A stretch of DNA of 64,000 bases, taken from NCBI GenBank assembly GCA_963769975.1, contig CAVYNS010000008.1, positions 31,686 through 95,685 on the forward strand. The letters run 5' to 3'. How positions within the stretch are numbered: the stretch's first letter is position 1; every line of letters begins with the position of its first letter. Shown here one piece after another: positions 8,710 through 18,340 of the stretch. Origin of the DNA: an uncultured Chloroflexia bacterium (lineage in GTDB: Bacteria > Chloroflexota > Dehalococcoidia > GIF9 > AB-539-J10). The position numbers and the translations under genes were made by a program. Below the pieces are notes generated by a model. That model worked only from the letters and a program-made list of their open reading frames with translations. It was not told where the DNA came from and searched no databases.

Positions 8710-8769
8710 AAATTTCAGGGACACCATACCAATCAAACCTGCCACAAATCAGGCATTATATCCCCGGGG
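8710..8769 (+). repeat. ~60-bp imperfect hairpin repeat, copy R5
   Basis: AAATTTCAGGGACACCATACCAATcaaacctgccacaAATCAGGCATTATATCCCCGGGG. Confidence 0.85.
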
Positions 8770-8791
8770 TGCCTGTCGTTCATTGTCAGTG

Positions 8792-9064
8792 CTACTGGCG
8801 ATAGGTTGTCTCACTCCCGCGTGCAACCTGCAAAATCAATACCAGGTTGTCGCTGTCAGAAGCATCATAAACCACACGGTAATTGCCCACCCTGATGCGA
8901 TAAGCCTTCTCTGTGCCTTTTATCTTCCTGACTTCCCGGGGACGAGGTTCCCCGGCTAAGCTCCTGACAGCATTCCGTAATCGCTCAAAGTCCTGCATCC
9001 GAATTCGGCTCTTGAGCTTCTCCGGGTCGCGGTCGGCAGCCGGTGAAATCTCAAGTCTATACAC
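8792..9064 (-). CDS. relE: RelE/ParE family toxin
   Basis: LAGEPRPREVRKIKG...YRIRVGNYRVVY signature. Confidence 0.85.
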   Translation of the reverse strand: MYRLEISPAADRDPEKLKSRIRMQDFERLRNAVRSLAGEPRPREVRKIKGTEKAYRIRVGNYRVVYDASDSDNLVLILQVARGSETTYRQ

Positions 9065-9332
9065 GCTTTGCCCCGGCGCGCCCTTTCCGACGGCTAATCG
9101 ATTCTTCTAATTCATGCTCTGCTTCGGACCACGGGCGCCCACCCTTCTCTTTCCATTCGGTACGGGCTGAGTCAATTACGGGCAACAATTCGGCATCTTC
9201 ACGGCTCTCCAGCCATTCCCGCACGGCATCTGCTACGATGTTGCTTGCGGTTGTACGCCTTCTGATCGCCTCTATTTTCAGCTGCATGTAGAGGTCTTCA
9301 TCGTGAAATACTAAGGTTACCTTTCTTTTCAT
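9057..9332 (-). CDS. Antitoxin with ribbon-helix-helix-like N-terminus
   Basis: AGGAG RBS before ATG 9332; overlaps relE by 8 bp; KVTL...LYMQLKIEA...IVADAVREWL. Confidence 0.75.
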   Translation of the reverse strand: MKRKVTLVFHDEDLYMQLKIEAIRRRTTASNIVADAVREWLESREDAELLPVIDSARTEWKEKGGRPWSEAEHELEESISRRKGRAGAKRV

Positions 9333-9335
9333 GTT

Positions 9336-9409
9336 ACATACTCCTGCCAATTGTACATACTTCCATCCATACGTACAGACATACTAACAATAACTGCTGG
9401 TAATGTCAA
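9336..9409 (-). promoter_or_regulatory. relBE promoter with CATAC direct repeats
   Basis: TTGACA (9409-9404), 17 bp, TAGTAT (9386-9381). Four CATAC repeats lie between 9336 and 9385. Confidence 0.6.
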
Positions 9410-9425
9410 GATAAAAGTCGGCGTT

Positions 9426-10274
9426 CTAAGGGAGGGTGCGGTAGGTCTGCTGGAGGAGGAGAGCATCCTGCTCCAGATAGGGGGCGCTCTCGCAGATGAT
9501 CACTCCTTTTGCCTTCCGTTCCTTCAGGGCTTTGAGCAGCTCGGCGTATCGAAGGTCCGAGTCCGGGAGCATCAAGTGCTTGATTTCGCCCTTGTGGCCG
9601 TAGGCAATCCCGGAGAGATGGATATGCATGTTATCCAGGCCCCGCCTGCCCAGTTTCTTCCCAACCTGGTTCAAGACAGCGATAAACTCTTGATAGGAGT
9701 TGGCCTTTCCCGTCCGGGCATGCCAGTGAGAAAAATCAATGCAGGGCAGAACTCCTTCTATCTCGCTGCTAAGCTGAAGTAGTTCCTCCAGCGTGCCGAA
9801 TTGAGAAGGCTTTCCGGTGACCTCAGGGGAAATCGTCACCTTGTTTCCCTCTTTCCGCAGAGTATTCACCACCTCTTGCAGATGCCTTTTGACCACGGCG
9901 TAGGTCTCTGCGGGGGTGCTTTTGAGATAGAAGGCGGCATGGAAGGTGATACTTTTGGCGCCGAAAAGAGCGGCGATGCGGGCAGTTTGCAATATCCTTT
10001 CTTTGCTCATGTGTACTTTTTGCGGCTCGACGGAATTCAGGTTTACGAAGTAAGGTCCGTGAGCGGTGAGCACTACCTTCTTTCTGGCTGCGAGTTCTCC
10101 AACTGAGGCAGCAACCTGAGGGCTCATCTTTACCCCCTGGACGAATTCCACCTCCATGCAGCCGAGGCCAAGCTCGGCAATACGCTCAATGCCGGCCTCG
10201 GTGGAACGGGATTGAGCGCTGAGAGGAACACCACCTGTTCCGAAAAGGAGCCCGCCTGCTTTGTTTGGATTCAT
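9426..10274 (-). CDS. nfo: Endonuclease IV-like AP endonuclease (TIM barrel)
   Basis: HGPYFVNLNS, FHAAFY, PEVTGKPSQFG, CIDFSHWHAR, HIHLSG, ICES metal-ligand motifs. Confidence 0.85.
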   Translation of the reverse strand: MNPNKAGGLLFGTGGVPLSAQSRSTEAGIERIAELGLGCMEVEFVQGVKMSPQVAASVGELAARKKVVLTAHGPYFVNLNSVEPQKVHMSKERILQTARIAALFGAKSITFHAAFYLKSTPAETYAVVKRHLQEVVNTLRKEGNKVTISPEVTGKPSQFGTLEELLQLSSEIEGVLPCIDFSHWHARTGKANSYQEFIAVLNQVGKKLGRRGLDNMHIHLSGIAYGHKGEIKHLMLPDSDLRYAELLKALKERKAKGVIICESAPYLEQDALLLQQTYRTLP

Positions 10275-10378
10275 AGCTTCCTTTACAGCTTATTATAACT
10301 GACCTGACTGCAAACTTCCGAGGGCTTCGCAAAGTTTGGAGAATATGCGTAAAATGAACTGTGTGGGAGGCAACGAAT

Positions 10379-10573
10379 ATGTTGGGTAATTATACTGCCG
10401 AGTATACGAAAATTGACTCCGGTTATATGGGACAGCTTGTGGAATGGCCGGAGGTGATAACCGAGGGCAGAACTTTAGAAGAGTGCAGGGAAATGCTCAA
10501 GGACGCTTTACACGAAATGATACTAGCCTATCACCAGCAAAATAAAGAGATACCTGTTGCAGAGCTCTTTTAG
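10379..10573 (+). pseudogene. hicB: Orphan HicB-family antitoxin, probably frameshifted near the C-terminus
   Basis: YMGQLVEWPEVITEGRTLEECREMLKDAL motif. A plausible C-terminus (RALLGQIAI) continues in another frame, and no hicA is adjacent. Confidence 0.6.
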
Positions 10574-10600
10574 GACAAATAGCCATCGGCTCGAAGTAGC

Positions 10601-11464
10601 TTAGCGCAGCGTCTCGTCTACGAGTTTTCTATAAGCAAACAACAAATCTCCGGTTAGCTTGCCGGGTTTGCCTGAACCGATGAGCCTGCCCTCAACGGAG
10701 ACCAGGGGCATAAGCTCCAGTATGGAATTGGTAACGAAGGCTTCTTGAGCCTCGATTAGCTCGTTTAACTGCACCCATCTTTCCGTGGCCTTGATATTTG
10801 AAGTCCGGGCTATTTCCAGGACTGCGTCCCTGGTGATGCCGGGCAGGACACCGCTTTCAAAACATGGTGTGATGAGCTCTCCACGACTCACCAGGAAGAT
10901 GTTGGTCGTGCTGCCTTCAGCCAGGTAGCCTTGTTCATTGAGGAAGATAGCTTCATCGTATCCAGCAGCTCTGGCTGCCATGCGGGCGAGGATATTTTCC
11001 ATGTAGCAGGTAGACTTTAGTCGAGATAGGGGAGACTGGCTATTACGACGCAGGAAAGATATGGCTGCTTTGAAACCAGTTTCATATTTTTCGGGTGGTA
11101 AAGGAACAAGGTTCTGGGCAGTGATTAGGACAGTGGGGCTGGAGCAGGTGCTGGGGTCGGGCGTCATGTCTCCTTCACCGGCCGAAATAGTGAGCCTCAG
11201 GCGGGCGTCCTTGAGCTTATTGGCTTCTAAAGTTTTCGTGCAAGCGGCTTCTAAGTCAAAAGCGGCCAGCCTGTTTGCCAAACCAAGACCCTCGGCAGAA
11301 CGGCGAAGGCGGTCGAGGTGGCGGTCGAGGCGAAAGATGTGCCCGTTGTAAGCCCGCATGGTCTCGAATAACCCGTATCCGTAAAGGACGCCATGGTCGA
11401 AGGGAGATAGCTTGGCCTCAGAGCGGGGGATAAGTTGACCGTTAAGGTAAATCATTTCTGCCAC
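10601..11464 (-). CDS. Class IV aminotransferase (aminodeoxychorismate lyase / BCAT-like)
   Basis: YGYGLFET, LKST (PLP lysine), EGSTTNIF, LPGITR; downstream of a pabA-like gene. Confidence 0.85.
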   Translation of the reverse strand: MAEMIYLNGQLIPRSEAKLSPFDHGVLYGYGLFETMRAYNGHIFRLDRHLDRLRRSAEGLGLANRLAAFDLEAACTKTLEANKLKDARLRLTISAGEGDMTPDPSTCSSPTVLITAQNLVPLPPEKYETGFKAAISFLRRNSQSPLSRLKSTCYMENILARMAARAAGYDEAIFLNEQGYLAEGSTTNIFLVSRGELITPCFESGVLPGITRDAVLEIARTSNIKATERWVQLNELIEAQEAFVTNSILELMPLVSVEGRLIGSGKPGKLTGDLLFAYRKLVDETLR

Positions 11465-11493
11465 GTAATAAAAATCCTAAAGTCTAGGCAATA

Positions 11494-11625
11494 TTAAAAA
11501 TCAAAGATAAAAAATCAAAATTACAATTCAAAGAGCAAAAATACTTCGGTTTTTGAATTTTTCTTTGTCAGTTTGCATTTTGATTTTTGCCTTTTACTCT
11601 TTTTGGATCTGGTATTTGACTTTTG
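11494..11625. repeat. Inverted array of A-rich/T-rich heptamer-like units (long imperfect hairpin)
   Basis: aaaaatcaaagataaaaaatcaaaattacaattcaaa ... tttgaatttttctttgtcagtttgcattttgatttttg. Confidence 0.7.
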
Positions 11626-12200
11626 CTCCAAACTGGACTAGTAAAACGAAGGAAGTTCGTCAAAATATCGTGTCCTACCTCGGTGAGGATGGATTCGGGG
11701 TGGAACTGAACCCCTTCCACTACATAATCCCGGTGTCTCACTCCCATTATTATCCCTTCGGGAGTTTTGGCAGTCACTTCGAGGCAGGATGGAAGGCCTT
11801 CGGTTTCGATGATTAAGGAATGGTAGCGTGTTGCTGGAAAGGGATTGGGTAAGCCCTGATAGACGGTTTTGCCATCGTGGTGGATAAGGGAAGTCTTGCC
11901 GTGGACTGGCAGTGTCCGACCAATTTTGCCCCCGTAGACGTAGCCAATGCATTGATGTCCTAAACACACCCCCAGTATGGGGATTTTTCCACCGAAATGC
12001 CGCACTGTCTCGTTAGAGATGCCGGCTTCCAAGGGTGTACAGGGCCCTGGCGAGATGATAATGTGGCTGGGGGCTAGCTCTTCGATTTGAGCTAAAGTAA
12101 TCTGGTCATTGCGGTGAACCACTGGTTGCCAGCCCAGTTCCCCCAGGTATTGGGCGAGGTTGTAAACAAAGGAATCATAGTTGTCTATTATCAGCACCAT
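11568..12200 (-). CDS. pabA: Aminodeoxychorismate/anthranilate synthase glutamine amidotransferase subunit (PabA/TrpG)
   Basis: IDNYDSF, SPGP, GVCLGHQ, RYHSL, QFHPES. Confidence 0.88.
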   Translation of the reverse strand: MVLIIDNYDSFVYNLAQYLGELGWQPVVHRNDQITLAQIEELAPSHIIISPGPCTPLEAGISNETVRHFGGKIPILGVCLGHQCIGYVYGGKIGRTLPVHGKTSLIHHDGKTVYQGLPNPFPATRYHSLIIETEGLPSCLEVTAKTPEGIIMGVRHRDYVVEGVQFHPESILTEVGHDILTNFLRFTSPVWSKSQIPDPKRVKGKNQNAN

Positions 12201-12248
12201 TTTTAAGCTTACCTCCCAGCACTAAATTATGCCTTGATTTCACCGTCG

Positions 12249-12277
12249 TTGACAAATTTGCCTTTGGCGTTTATTCT
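12249..12277 (+). promoter_or_regulatory. sigma70 promoter for leuA
   Basis: TTGACA, 17 bp, TATTCT. Confidence 0.55.
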
Positions 12278-12381
12278 ATTCATTGTTGTTCACCTGGAAA
12301 CAATTCTTGGCCAAGAGCTAGGCTTTTTCACGCAAATATTGAAATTGGATAATTAGCCAGAGTTTCAAAAGGGAAAAAATC

Positions 12382-13920
12382 ATGGAAAGGGTCATCATTT
12401 TCGATACTACTTTACGAGATGGTGAGCAAGCTGCGGGAACGAGCTTAAACCTTCAAGAGAAGCTGGAAATAGCCAGGCAGTTGGATAAACTGGGCGTTGA
12501 TGTCATTGAAGTGGGTTTTCCTGCCAGCTCGGTTGGTGATTTTGAAGCTGTCAGCCTTGTTGCCCGGGAGCTTAAGCGTCCCACAATTTGCGCTTTGAGC
12601 CTGGCCAATATTGAAGCCGTAGACAGGGCCTGGGAAGCGGTTAAAGAAGCCGAGCATCCCCGGATTCATATTTTCCTTTCAGCTTCAGACATTCACCTTG
12701 CTCACCAGCTCAAGAAAAGTCGGAGTGAGGTCCTAAAGATGTCCAGGGAAACGGTGGCTCGAGCCAAGAGTTATTTAGACGATGTTGAATTCTCTCCGAT
12801 GGATGCCAGTCGTGCTGACCCTGCTTATATCTACCAGATTCTAGAGGCAGTGATCAGGGCTGGAGCAACCACGGTTAATATCCCCGATACTGTGGGCTAT
12901 GCTACTCCTCAGGAATTTGGCAGCTTAATCCGGGGCATACTGGACAAAGTGTCTAATATCAACAAGACTGTGGTCAGCGTGCATTGTCATGATGACCTGG
13001 GGTTAGCTGTGGCTAATAGTCTCGAGGCAATAAAGGTAGGTGCGCGGCAGGTCGAATGTACTATTAACGGCATTGGTGAGAGAGCCGGCAATGCTTCTCT
13101 AGAAGAAATTGTCATGGCTCTAAAAACTCGCCAGGATTTCTTCAACCTCACCACCAATATTGATACGACTCAAATTTATCGGACAAGTCGTCTGGTTAGC
13201 GAGCTGACCGGTTTTCCCGTCCAGCCTAACAAAGCTATCATTGGGGCAAATGCCTTCCGCCATCAGTCAGGTATCCATCAAGATGGCGTACTCAAAAAGT
13301 CTATCACTTATGAGATTATGGACCCTAAATCGGTGGGCATCCCCTCAAGTACCCTGGTGCTGAGTAAGGTGAGTGGTCGACATGCCTTCAAAGAGAGACT
13401 ATCCGAGCTTGGCTATGCTTTAAGTGAAGAGGATTTAAACCGCGCCTTTCAGGGCTTCAAGGGGTTAGCGGATAAGAAAAAGGATATCACAGACAGGGAT
13501 ATTGAATCTCTGATAGCCGAGGAACTGCGCACTGTTACCGAAGTGTATCATCTTGACCATGTTGAAGTTTCCTGCGGTGACCATAATATCCCGACGGCGA
13601 CGGTTAGGCTCATCGGTCCGGACGGGCAGAGTTTGGCTGATGCTGCTTTGGGCACGGGTCCTGTAGACGCTGTATATAAAGCTATCAACCGTATAGTTGG
13701 TATACCTAATAGACTCACGGAGTTCACTGTCAAATCGGTTACCGAGGGGATTGATGCCATCGGAGAGGTTTTAATACGAATAGAGAGCGAGGGTGTAACC
13801 TATACCGGGCGTGGCGCTGCCACTGATATCATTGTGGCCAGTGCCAAGGCGTACATGAATGCCCTAAATCGTTTATTGTCGGCAAAAAGGGGTAGTAGGG
13901 TCGGAGGCAAAGGCGCTTGA
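12382..13920 (+). CDS. leuA: 2-isopropylmalate synthase
   Basis: [23 protein letters not shown]-terminal regulatory domain with GPVDA. Confidence 0.95.
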   Translation: MERVIIFDTTLRDGEQAAGTSLNLQEKLEIARQLDKLGVDVIEVGFPASSVGDFEAVSLVARELKRPTICALSLANIEAVDRAWEAVKEAEHPRIHIFLSASDIHLAHQLKKSRSEVLKMSRETVARAKSYLDDVEFSPMDASRADPAYIYQILEAVIRAGATTVNIPDTVGYATPQEFGSLIRGILDKVSNINKTVVSVHCHDDLGLAVANSLEAIKVGARQVECTINGIGERAGNASLEEIVMALKTRQDFFNLTTNIDTTQIYRTSRLVSELTGFPVQPNKAIIGANAFRHQSGIHQDGVLKKSITYEIMDPKSVGIPSSTLVLSKVSGRHAFKERLSELGYALSEEDLNRAFQGFKGLADKKKDITDRDIESLIAEELRTVTEVYHLDHVEVSCGDHNIPTATVRLIGPDGQSLADAALGTGPVDAVYKAINRIVGIPNRLTEFTVKSVTEGIDAIGEVLIRIESEGVTYTGRGAATDIIVASAKAYMNALNRLLSAKRGSRVGGKGA

Positions 13921-13968
13921 ATTTAGAAATTAAGTTCACTGAGATATTCTGAATGCGGAGGTGATGAA

Positions 13969-14361
13969 TTGAATCCTGAACCGGAAATAATATTGAGGTT
14001 TTTATTGGCTGCTGCCTTGGGGGCAGGCATTGGTTTTCAGCGAGAGCGAGCAGGCAAGGCAGCGGGAATGCGCACGCATATATTAGTTTGCTCAGGAGCA
14101 GCCCTTTTCACCTTGGCATCTATATATGGATTTAATGGTGCTGCGGTGGCTGCCGGAGTGGTAGCTGGAATTGGCTTCATCGGCGCCGGAGTTATCTTTC
14201 GAGGCATGAGTGGACAGGGGGTGGCCGGGCTAACCACAGCCGCTAGCATGTGGGCGGCTGCTGCTGTCGGTCTAGCCGCAGGGACAGGAATGTATTTGCT
14301 TTCCGTTATAGCAGCTGCGGTTACCGTGGGTGTTTTGTTTCTCCCTAAGGTTCGTGGCTAA
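13969..14361 (+). CDS. MgtC/SapB family membrane protein
   Basis: AGMRTHILV, GIGFIGAG, GLTTAASMW. Confidence 0.9.
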   Translation: MNPEPEIILRFLLAAALGAGIGFQRERAGKAAGMRTHILVCSGAALFTLASIYGFNGAAVAAGVVAGIGFIGAGVIFRGMSGQGVAGLTTAASMWAAAAVGLAAGTGMYLLSVIAAAVTVGVLFLPKVRG

Positions 14362-14444
14362 GAAGGTTATTGTGGGCCAAGCAATCTCAATGAGAGCCTT
14401 AGTTTAAGAATTTTAACGACGCTCCTGGCGAAGGGGCATTTGTC

Positions 14445-15572
14445 ATGCTCAAAATTTTGCACACTGCTGATATTCACCTCGGGGCGAAGTTCTCGGGTCT
14501 GGGAAACAAAGGCGCCTCTCAACGAGAGCAACTGAGAGCTACATTCAAGAATGTTATTGCTACTGCTATAAGTGAAAGGGTAAACATTGTTTTAATTGCC
14601 GGAGACCTATTCGATGCTAACCAGCAACCACAACGAAATATAGATTTGGTAATAGAGCAATTTAATTTGCTTGGGTCAAATAATATTCCAGTCTGCCTTA
14701 TCCCGGGCACGCATGATTCTTTTGATTCCTCGTCAATTTACCGAAGGGTTGACTTTGAAGGAAAATGCCCAAATCTAAAAATTTTCACTGATGAAAATAT
14801 ATCCTGCAAGGAATATGGCGGTCTCGATCTAACGGTGTATGGGAAGCCAAATCTAAGCAACAGGTCATCTATAAGCCCGCTGAAAGGGCTCAAGCGCTCG
14901 ACATCAAGTAAGTTTCATATCGCTATAGCCCATGGGTCGTTATATATCCCGGAAAAGATCGCTGAGGATGATCACGTCTTCAGGCTCGAGGAAGTTCAAG
15001 CGAGTGGGATGAACTATCTGGCGCTGGGACACTGGCACCGCGTCTATAGATGTCCGGCAGAGCTGCTGGCCTGGTATTCCGGCCCACCGGAGTGGATACC
15101 TGGCCAAACAGAGAAAGGTGGAGTGCTTTTAGTTAGCTTTTTGGATTCGGGTGAGGTTAAGGTTGAACCCAAGAAGATTGGACTTCGTGAATATGATGAA
15201 GTAGAGATAGATGTTAGTGGAGTTCAGGACCTGGCGATGCTGAAAGCGAGAATCTCTGAGGGAGCAAAGCAGAATTTGGTAAGAAAAGTCACTCTTAAGG
15301 GGCTTCGCGATGCCGAACTCATAGTGAATACTGAAGAATTGGAAACTGAACTGGGGGAGAAATTTTTCCATCTTAGTGTTACGGATAAATCTCATCCAAA
15401 GTCAGAAGAAGTCACAGAGAATGAAGAGCGGCTGATCAGGAGTAGATTTATTAAGCTGATGAGGGGGCAAATCGAGAGTTCTGAAGGGGAAGAGAAAGAC
15501 ATTGCTGAAAATGCCATTCAGTATGGGATAGCTCTTCTGGATGGGAAGCTGGATGCGAAGGAAGACCTGTGA
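14445..15572 (+). CDS. Mre11/SbcD-like DNA repair exonuclease
   Basis: HTADIHLG, AGDLFD, PGTHD, AHG, LGHWH metallophosphoesterase motifs. Confidence 0.9.
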   Translation: MLKILHTADIHLGAKFSGLGNKGASQREQLRATFKNVIATAISERVNIVLIAGDLFDANQQPQRNIDLVIEQFNLLGSNNIPVCLIPGTHDSFDSSSIYRRVDFEGKCPNLKIFTDENISCKEYGGLDLTVYGKPNLSNRSSISPLKGLKRSTSSKFHIAIAHGSLYIPEKIAEDDHVFRLEEVQASGMNYLALGHWHRVYRCPAELLAWYSGPPEWIPGQTEKGGVLLVSFLDSGEVKVEPKKIGLREYDEVEIDVSGVQDLAMLKARISEGAKQNLVRKVTLKGLRDAELIVNTEELETELGEKFFHLSVTDKSHPKSEEVTENEERLIRSRFIKLMRGQIESSEGEEKDIAENAIQYGIALLDGKLDAKEDL

Positions 15573-17710
15573 TGAGGCTAAAGAGGATCGAGCTCAAAAA
15601 CTTTAAGAGACTTGTTGATTTTCCGGCCCAGTTCAGCCCGGGAATAAATGTGGTCAAAGGTCCCCTGAACGAAGTAGGGAAGTCCACTTTGCTCGAAGGT
15701 ATCATTGTCGCCCTTTTCCATAATCCGAAAAGCACCGCCAAGGAGCTCAAAGATTATGCTTCCTGGGGCTCAACCAAGCAGTTTCGAACCAGTCTGGAGT
15801 TTGAGGAGAGAGGGAATAAATATCTGCTGGAGAAGGACTTCGACAAAGGAACCATCAGGCTGACCTGTGATAATACGCGCGAAGAGCTTGATACTTTCAA
15901 AGAAATCTCCCAGAGAATAGCCGAGTTATTGGGAACCAAATCTGATGACTTGTTCTTGTGTTCTTCCTGTATTCGGCAATCCCAAGTAAGTGAAATCTCA
16001 TCGGGTAAGAAGCAAATCACCGAGAGTCTGGAGGAAGTCGTGATGGGGGGCAAGGAGAGTACGTTCGCCTGGCAGGTGGTACAGAAACTGGATGGCAAAG
16101 TGGCCGAGATGAAGAGAGGACTGGATAAACTGGCAAGCAACCCCGGTATCCTGGCAAGCCTCAGGAGCAAAATACAAGCCACTTCACAGAGATGCAGCGA
16201 CGTTAAAGAGGAAGTCTCCAAAGTTGAGACAAAAAAAATCGAGCTGGTGGAAGTGAGCAAGCAACTGGCTGATGTCAAAGAGCAGTACGAGAATTCCAGG
16301 GCGTTGTTAGACAAAAATAGACAGCGTAAAGAGATTGAGGCGTCTATTCAGAGGCAGACCAAAGATTATGACGGCGTAGAAAAACTGCTTAGTAGCGTAA
16401 AGAAATTGAGAGAGGGCTCCGAGAAGGCGGGCAAAGCGCTGACGGCCGCAGAAGGATTTAGAGATAAGCAAGAGCTCTCGGGACTCAGAAGGGAGCTGGA
16501 TGCAGTTCAGAATCGGCGTGAGATTATCGGAAAAGACTTAGCCCAGAGGGAAGGGGAACTAGCTGAAGCGGAAGAGAAATTGGGCAAAAGGAAGTCTGTT
16601 GTGTTCTTTGGTTCAGCAAAGGGAATAGCCGCTGCTGCGGCAATACTGGCAGTCGGGGTAGTCGGAGTCATGGTTGGCCCGTCTTATTTCTTGAGCTTAA
16701 TAATCCTGGGTGCAGCTCTTCTGACGGTAAGTGCGTGGGCGAGAATTGCCGTTACTCGAGACAAGACTAGCATTTCGGTTATTGAAAGGCGCATTCAAGA
16801 TATGAGGAAAGGTCTCGATGACCTCAGTAAGAGCGAGCAAGAGGTGCTCGCTGAAGCGAAATGCAACACGATTGCTGAGTTCAATGAGAAAGAAAGAGAT
16901 TTTCACGATTGGCTCGATAAGAAAAACTCAGCGGAGCTCCAGTTAAAGGGAATGCTCGATGGTAAAACGGTCGAGGAGATTGAGGAACAAAAGCTGGGAT
17001 TAGCCAGGAAGCTGGCGACGGAAGAAGCAAAGCTTACCGATGACTTGAAGCAGACGTATTTGGGCCCCGAAGAGTACGTGGCGTTAGGAAGGAAAGTCGA
17101 GAATTCGGAAAAAAGACGAGCTGAGCTTGAGAGACAAAAGAGCCGCTGTGAGATAATCATTGAGCAGGCAAGATTTAACATAGAGGACCAAATTAGACTG
17201 GAAGAGGAATTGGAAGAGCTTCAGGAGACTTTGAAGCACGAAGACAAAAAGGTGAGAGTCTATGGGTTAGCCAGTGAGTTTCTCTCCCGGGCAAGAACGG
17301 ACGTTCTTTCGTCAGTTGAGGAAGCTCTGGAGCATGAAATTCAGGAGCACCTGACTGTATTTACCAATGGCAAGTACAGCCGGGTAAAGGTCAACAAAGA
17401 GGGCCTGGAGTTTTGGGTATATTCGGATGAAAAAGGTGACTGGGTTAGGCCCGAAGAGTTAAGTGGCGGCGCGATTGATGAATTCTACCTGGCGTTTCGG
17501 CTTGCCCTGGTGAAATTGATATTTGGCGATAAGAAGCCGCCCTTGATATTGGACGATCCCTTTGTCAATTTTGACTCCGTCCGTCTGGCTAACACGCTAA
17601 ACCTTTTCAAAACACTAGCTAGTGATTATCAAATCATCATATTCACGCTGGGCGATTTATACGACAAAGTAGCTGATAAAATTATTTTGTTAGGTGAAAA
17701 ACTGCCTTGA
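15569..17710 (+). CDS. Rad50/SbcC-like (YhaN-type) ABC ATPase with a central two-TM hairpin
   Basis: Walker A GPLNEVGKST, signature LSGG, Walker B LILDDPFVNFD, long coiled coils, central hydrophobic segment. Confidence 0.88.
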   Translation: MMRLKRIELKNFKRLVDFPAQFSPGINVVKGPLNEVGKSTLLEGIIVALFHNPKSTAKELKDYASWGSTKQFRTSLEFEERGNKYLLEKDFDKGTIRLTCDNTREELDTFKEISQRIAELLGTKSDDLFLCSSCIRQSQVSEISSGKKQITESLEEVVMGGKESTFAWQVVQKLDGKVAEMKRGLDKLASNPGILASLRSKIQATSQRCSDVKEEVSKVETKKIELVEVSKQLADVKEQYENSRALLDKNRQRKEIEASIQRQTKDYDGVEKLLSSVKKLREGSEKAGKALTAAEGFRDKQELSGLRRELDAVQNRREIIGKDLAQREGELAEAEEKLGKRKSVVFFGSAKGIAAAAAILAVGVVGVMVGPSYFLSLIILGAALLTVSAWARIAVTRDKTSISVIERRIQDMRKGLDDLSKSEQEVLAEAKCNTIAEFNEKERDFHDWLDKKNSAELQLKGMLDGKTVEEIEEQKLGLARKLATEEAKLTDDLKQTYLGPEEYVALGRKVENSEKRRAELERQKSRCEIIIEQARFNIEDQIRLEEELEELQETLKHEDKKVRVYGLASEFLSRARTDVLSSVEEALEHEIQEHLTVFTNGKYSRVKVNKEGLEFWVYSDEKGDWVRPEELSGGAIDEFYLAFRLALVKLIFGDKKPPLILDDPFVNFDSVRLANTLNLFKTLASDYQIIIFTLGDLYDKVADKIILLGEKLP

Positions 17711-17714
17711 ATAG

Positions 17715-18290
17715 GTGAATATTGTGAGCCTACGGGAAAGATTGATTGGAATCTTCTATAAGGCGGCGACAGGCAGCCGTAAGATGCGAAATCTTCTTAC
17801 CCCTGCTGGGGCAGTCTTCTTTTTTGGCCTTATAACACTATTCATTTTTGCTGCTCTTCAAGTGGACAGATGCTTGGGCTTCCCTGAACTCCTTCCTACA
17901 TCTTTGAATATTATTGTATCTGTGCCTCTCATTGTTATCGGGCTGTTCCTGATGATATGGTCAGTTCTGAACTTTGTTAGAGTAAAGGGAACGCCTGTGC
18001 CTTTCAACCCGCCGCCTAAATTACTTACCAGCGGCCCTTATGCTCATGTCAGAAACCCCATGGTCACAGGTGTGTTCGTCCTGTTGTTCGGACTCGGTGT
18101 TCTACTTAGATCAATCTCCCTTGTTTCTATATTCACCCCGTTATTTATTCTGTTTAACGTGTGGGAATTAAAAGCAGTTGAGGAACGGGAATTGGAAAGA
18201 CGCCTTGGTAGAGATTATGTTGAATACAAGAAAAGGGTACCCATGTTTATCCCACTGTTGAAGGGGAGAGCTAAGAAGTCGATAAAATGA
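17715..18290 (+). CDS. Isoprenylcysteine carboxyl / phospholipid methyltransferase family membrane protein
   Basis: GTPVPFNPP, GPYAHVRNPM, EERELERRLGRDYVEYKKRVP. Confidence 0.85.
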   Translation: MNIVSLRERLIGIFYKAATGSRKMRNLLTPAGAVFFFGLITLFIFAALQVDRCLGFPELLPTSLNIIVSVPLIVIGLFLMIWSVLNFVRVKGTPVPFNPPPKLLTSGPYAHVRNPMVTGVFVLLFGLGVLLRSISLVSIFTPLFILFNVWELKAVEERELERRLGRDYVEYKKRVPMFIPLLKGRAKKSIK

Positions 18291-18340
18291 AAAGAGAGGC
18301 AACCCGTCGCCCGACAGCAGATAAAAGGAGGTGATTAAAA

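Noticed and set aside
4047-8769. The ~60-bp repeats as a CRISPR array or canonical integron attC sites
   Set aside because: Spacing is 80 bp to 2.4 kb with whole genes between copies, there are no cas or intI genes, and the RYYYAAC...GTTRRRY ends are missing.
8530-8959. ORFs 8530-8895 and 8702-8959 (and 5012-5263), which share FQGHHTNQ-like peptides
   Set aside because: The similarity is just translation of the DNA repeat, and they are antisense to real genes.
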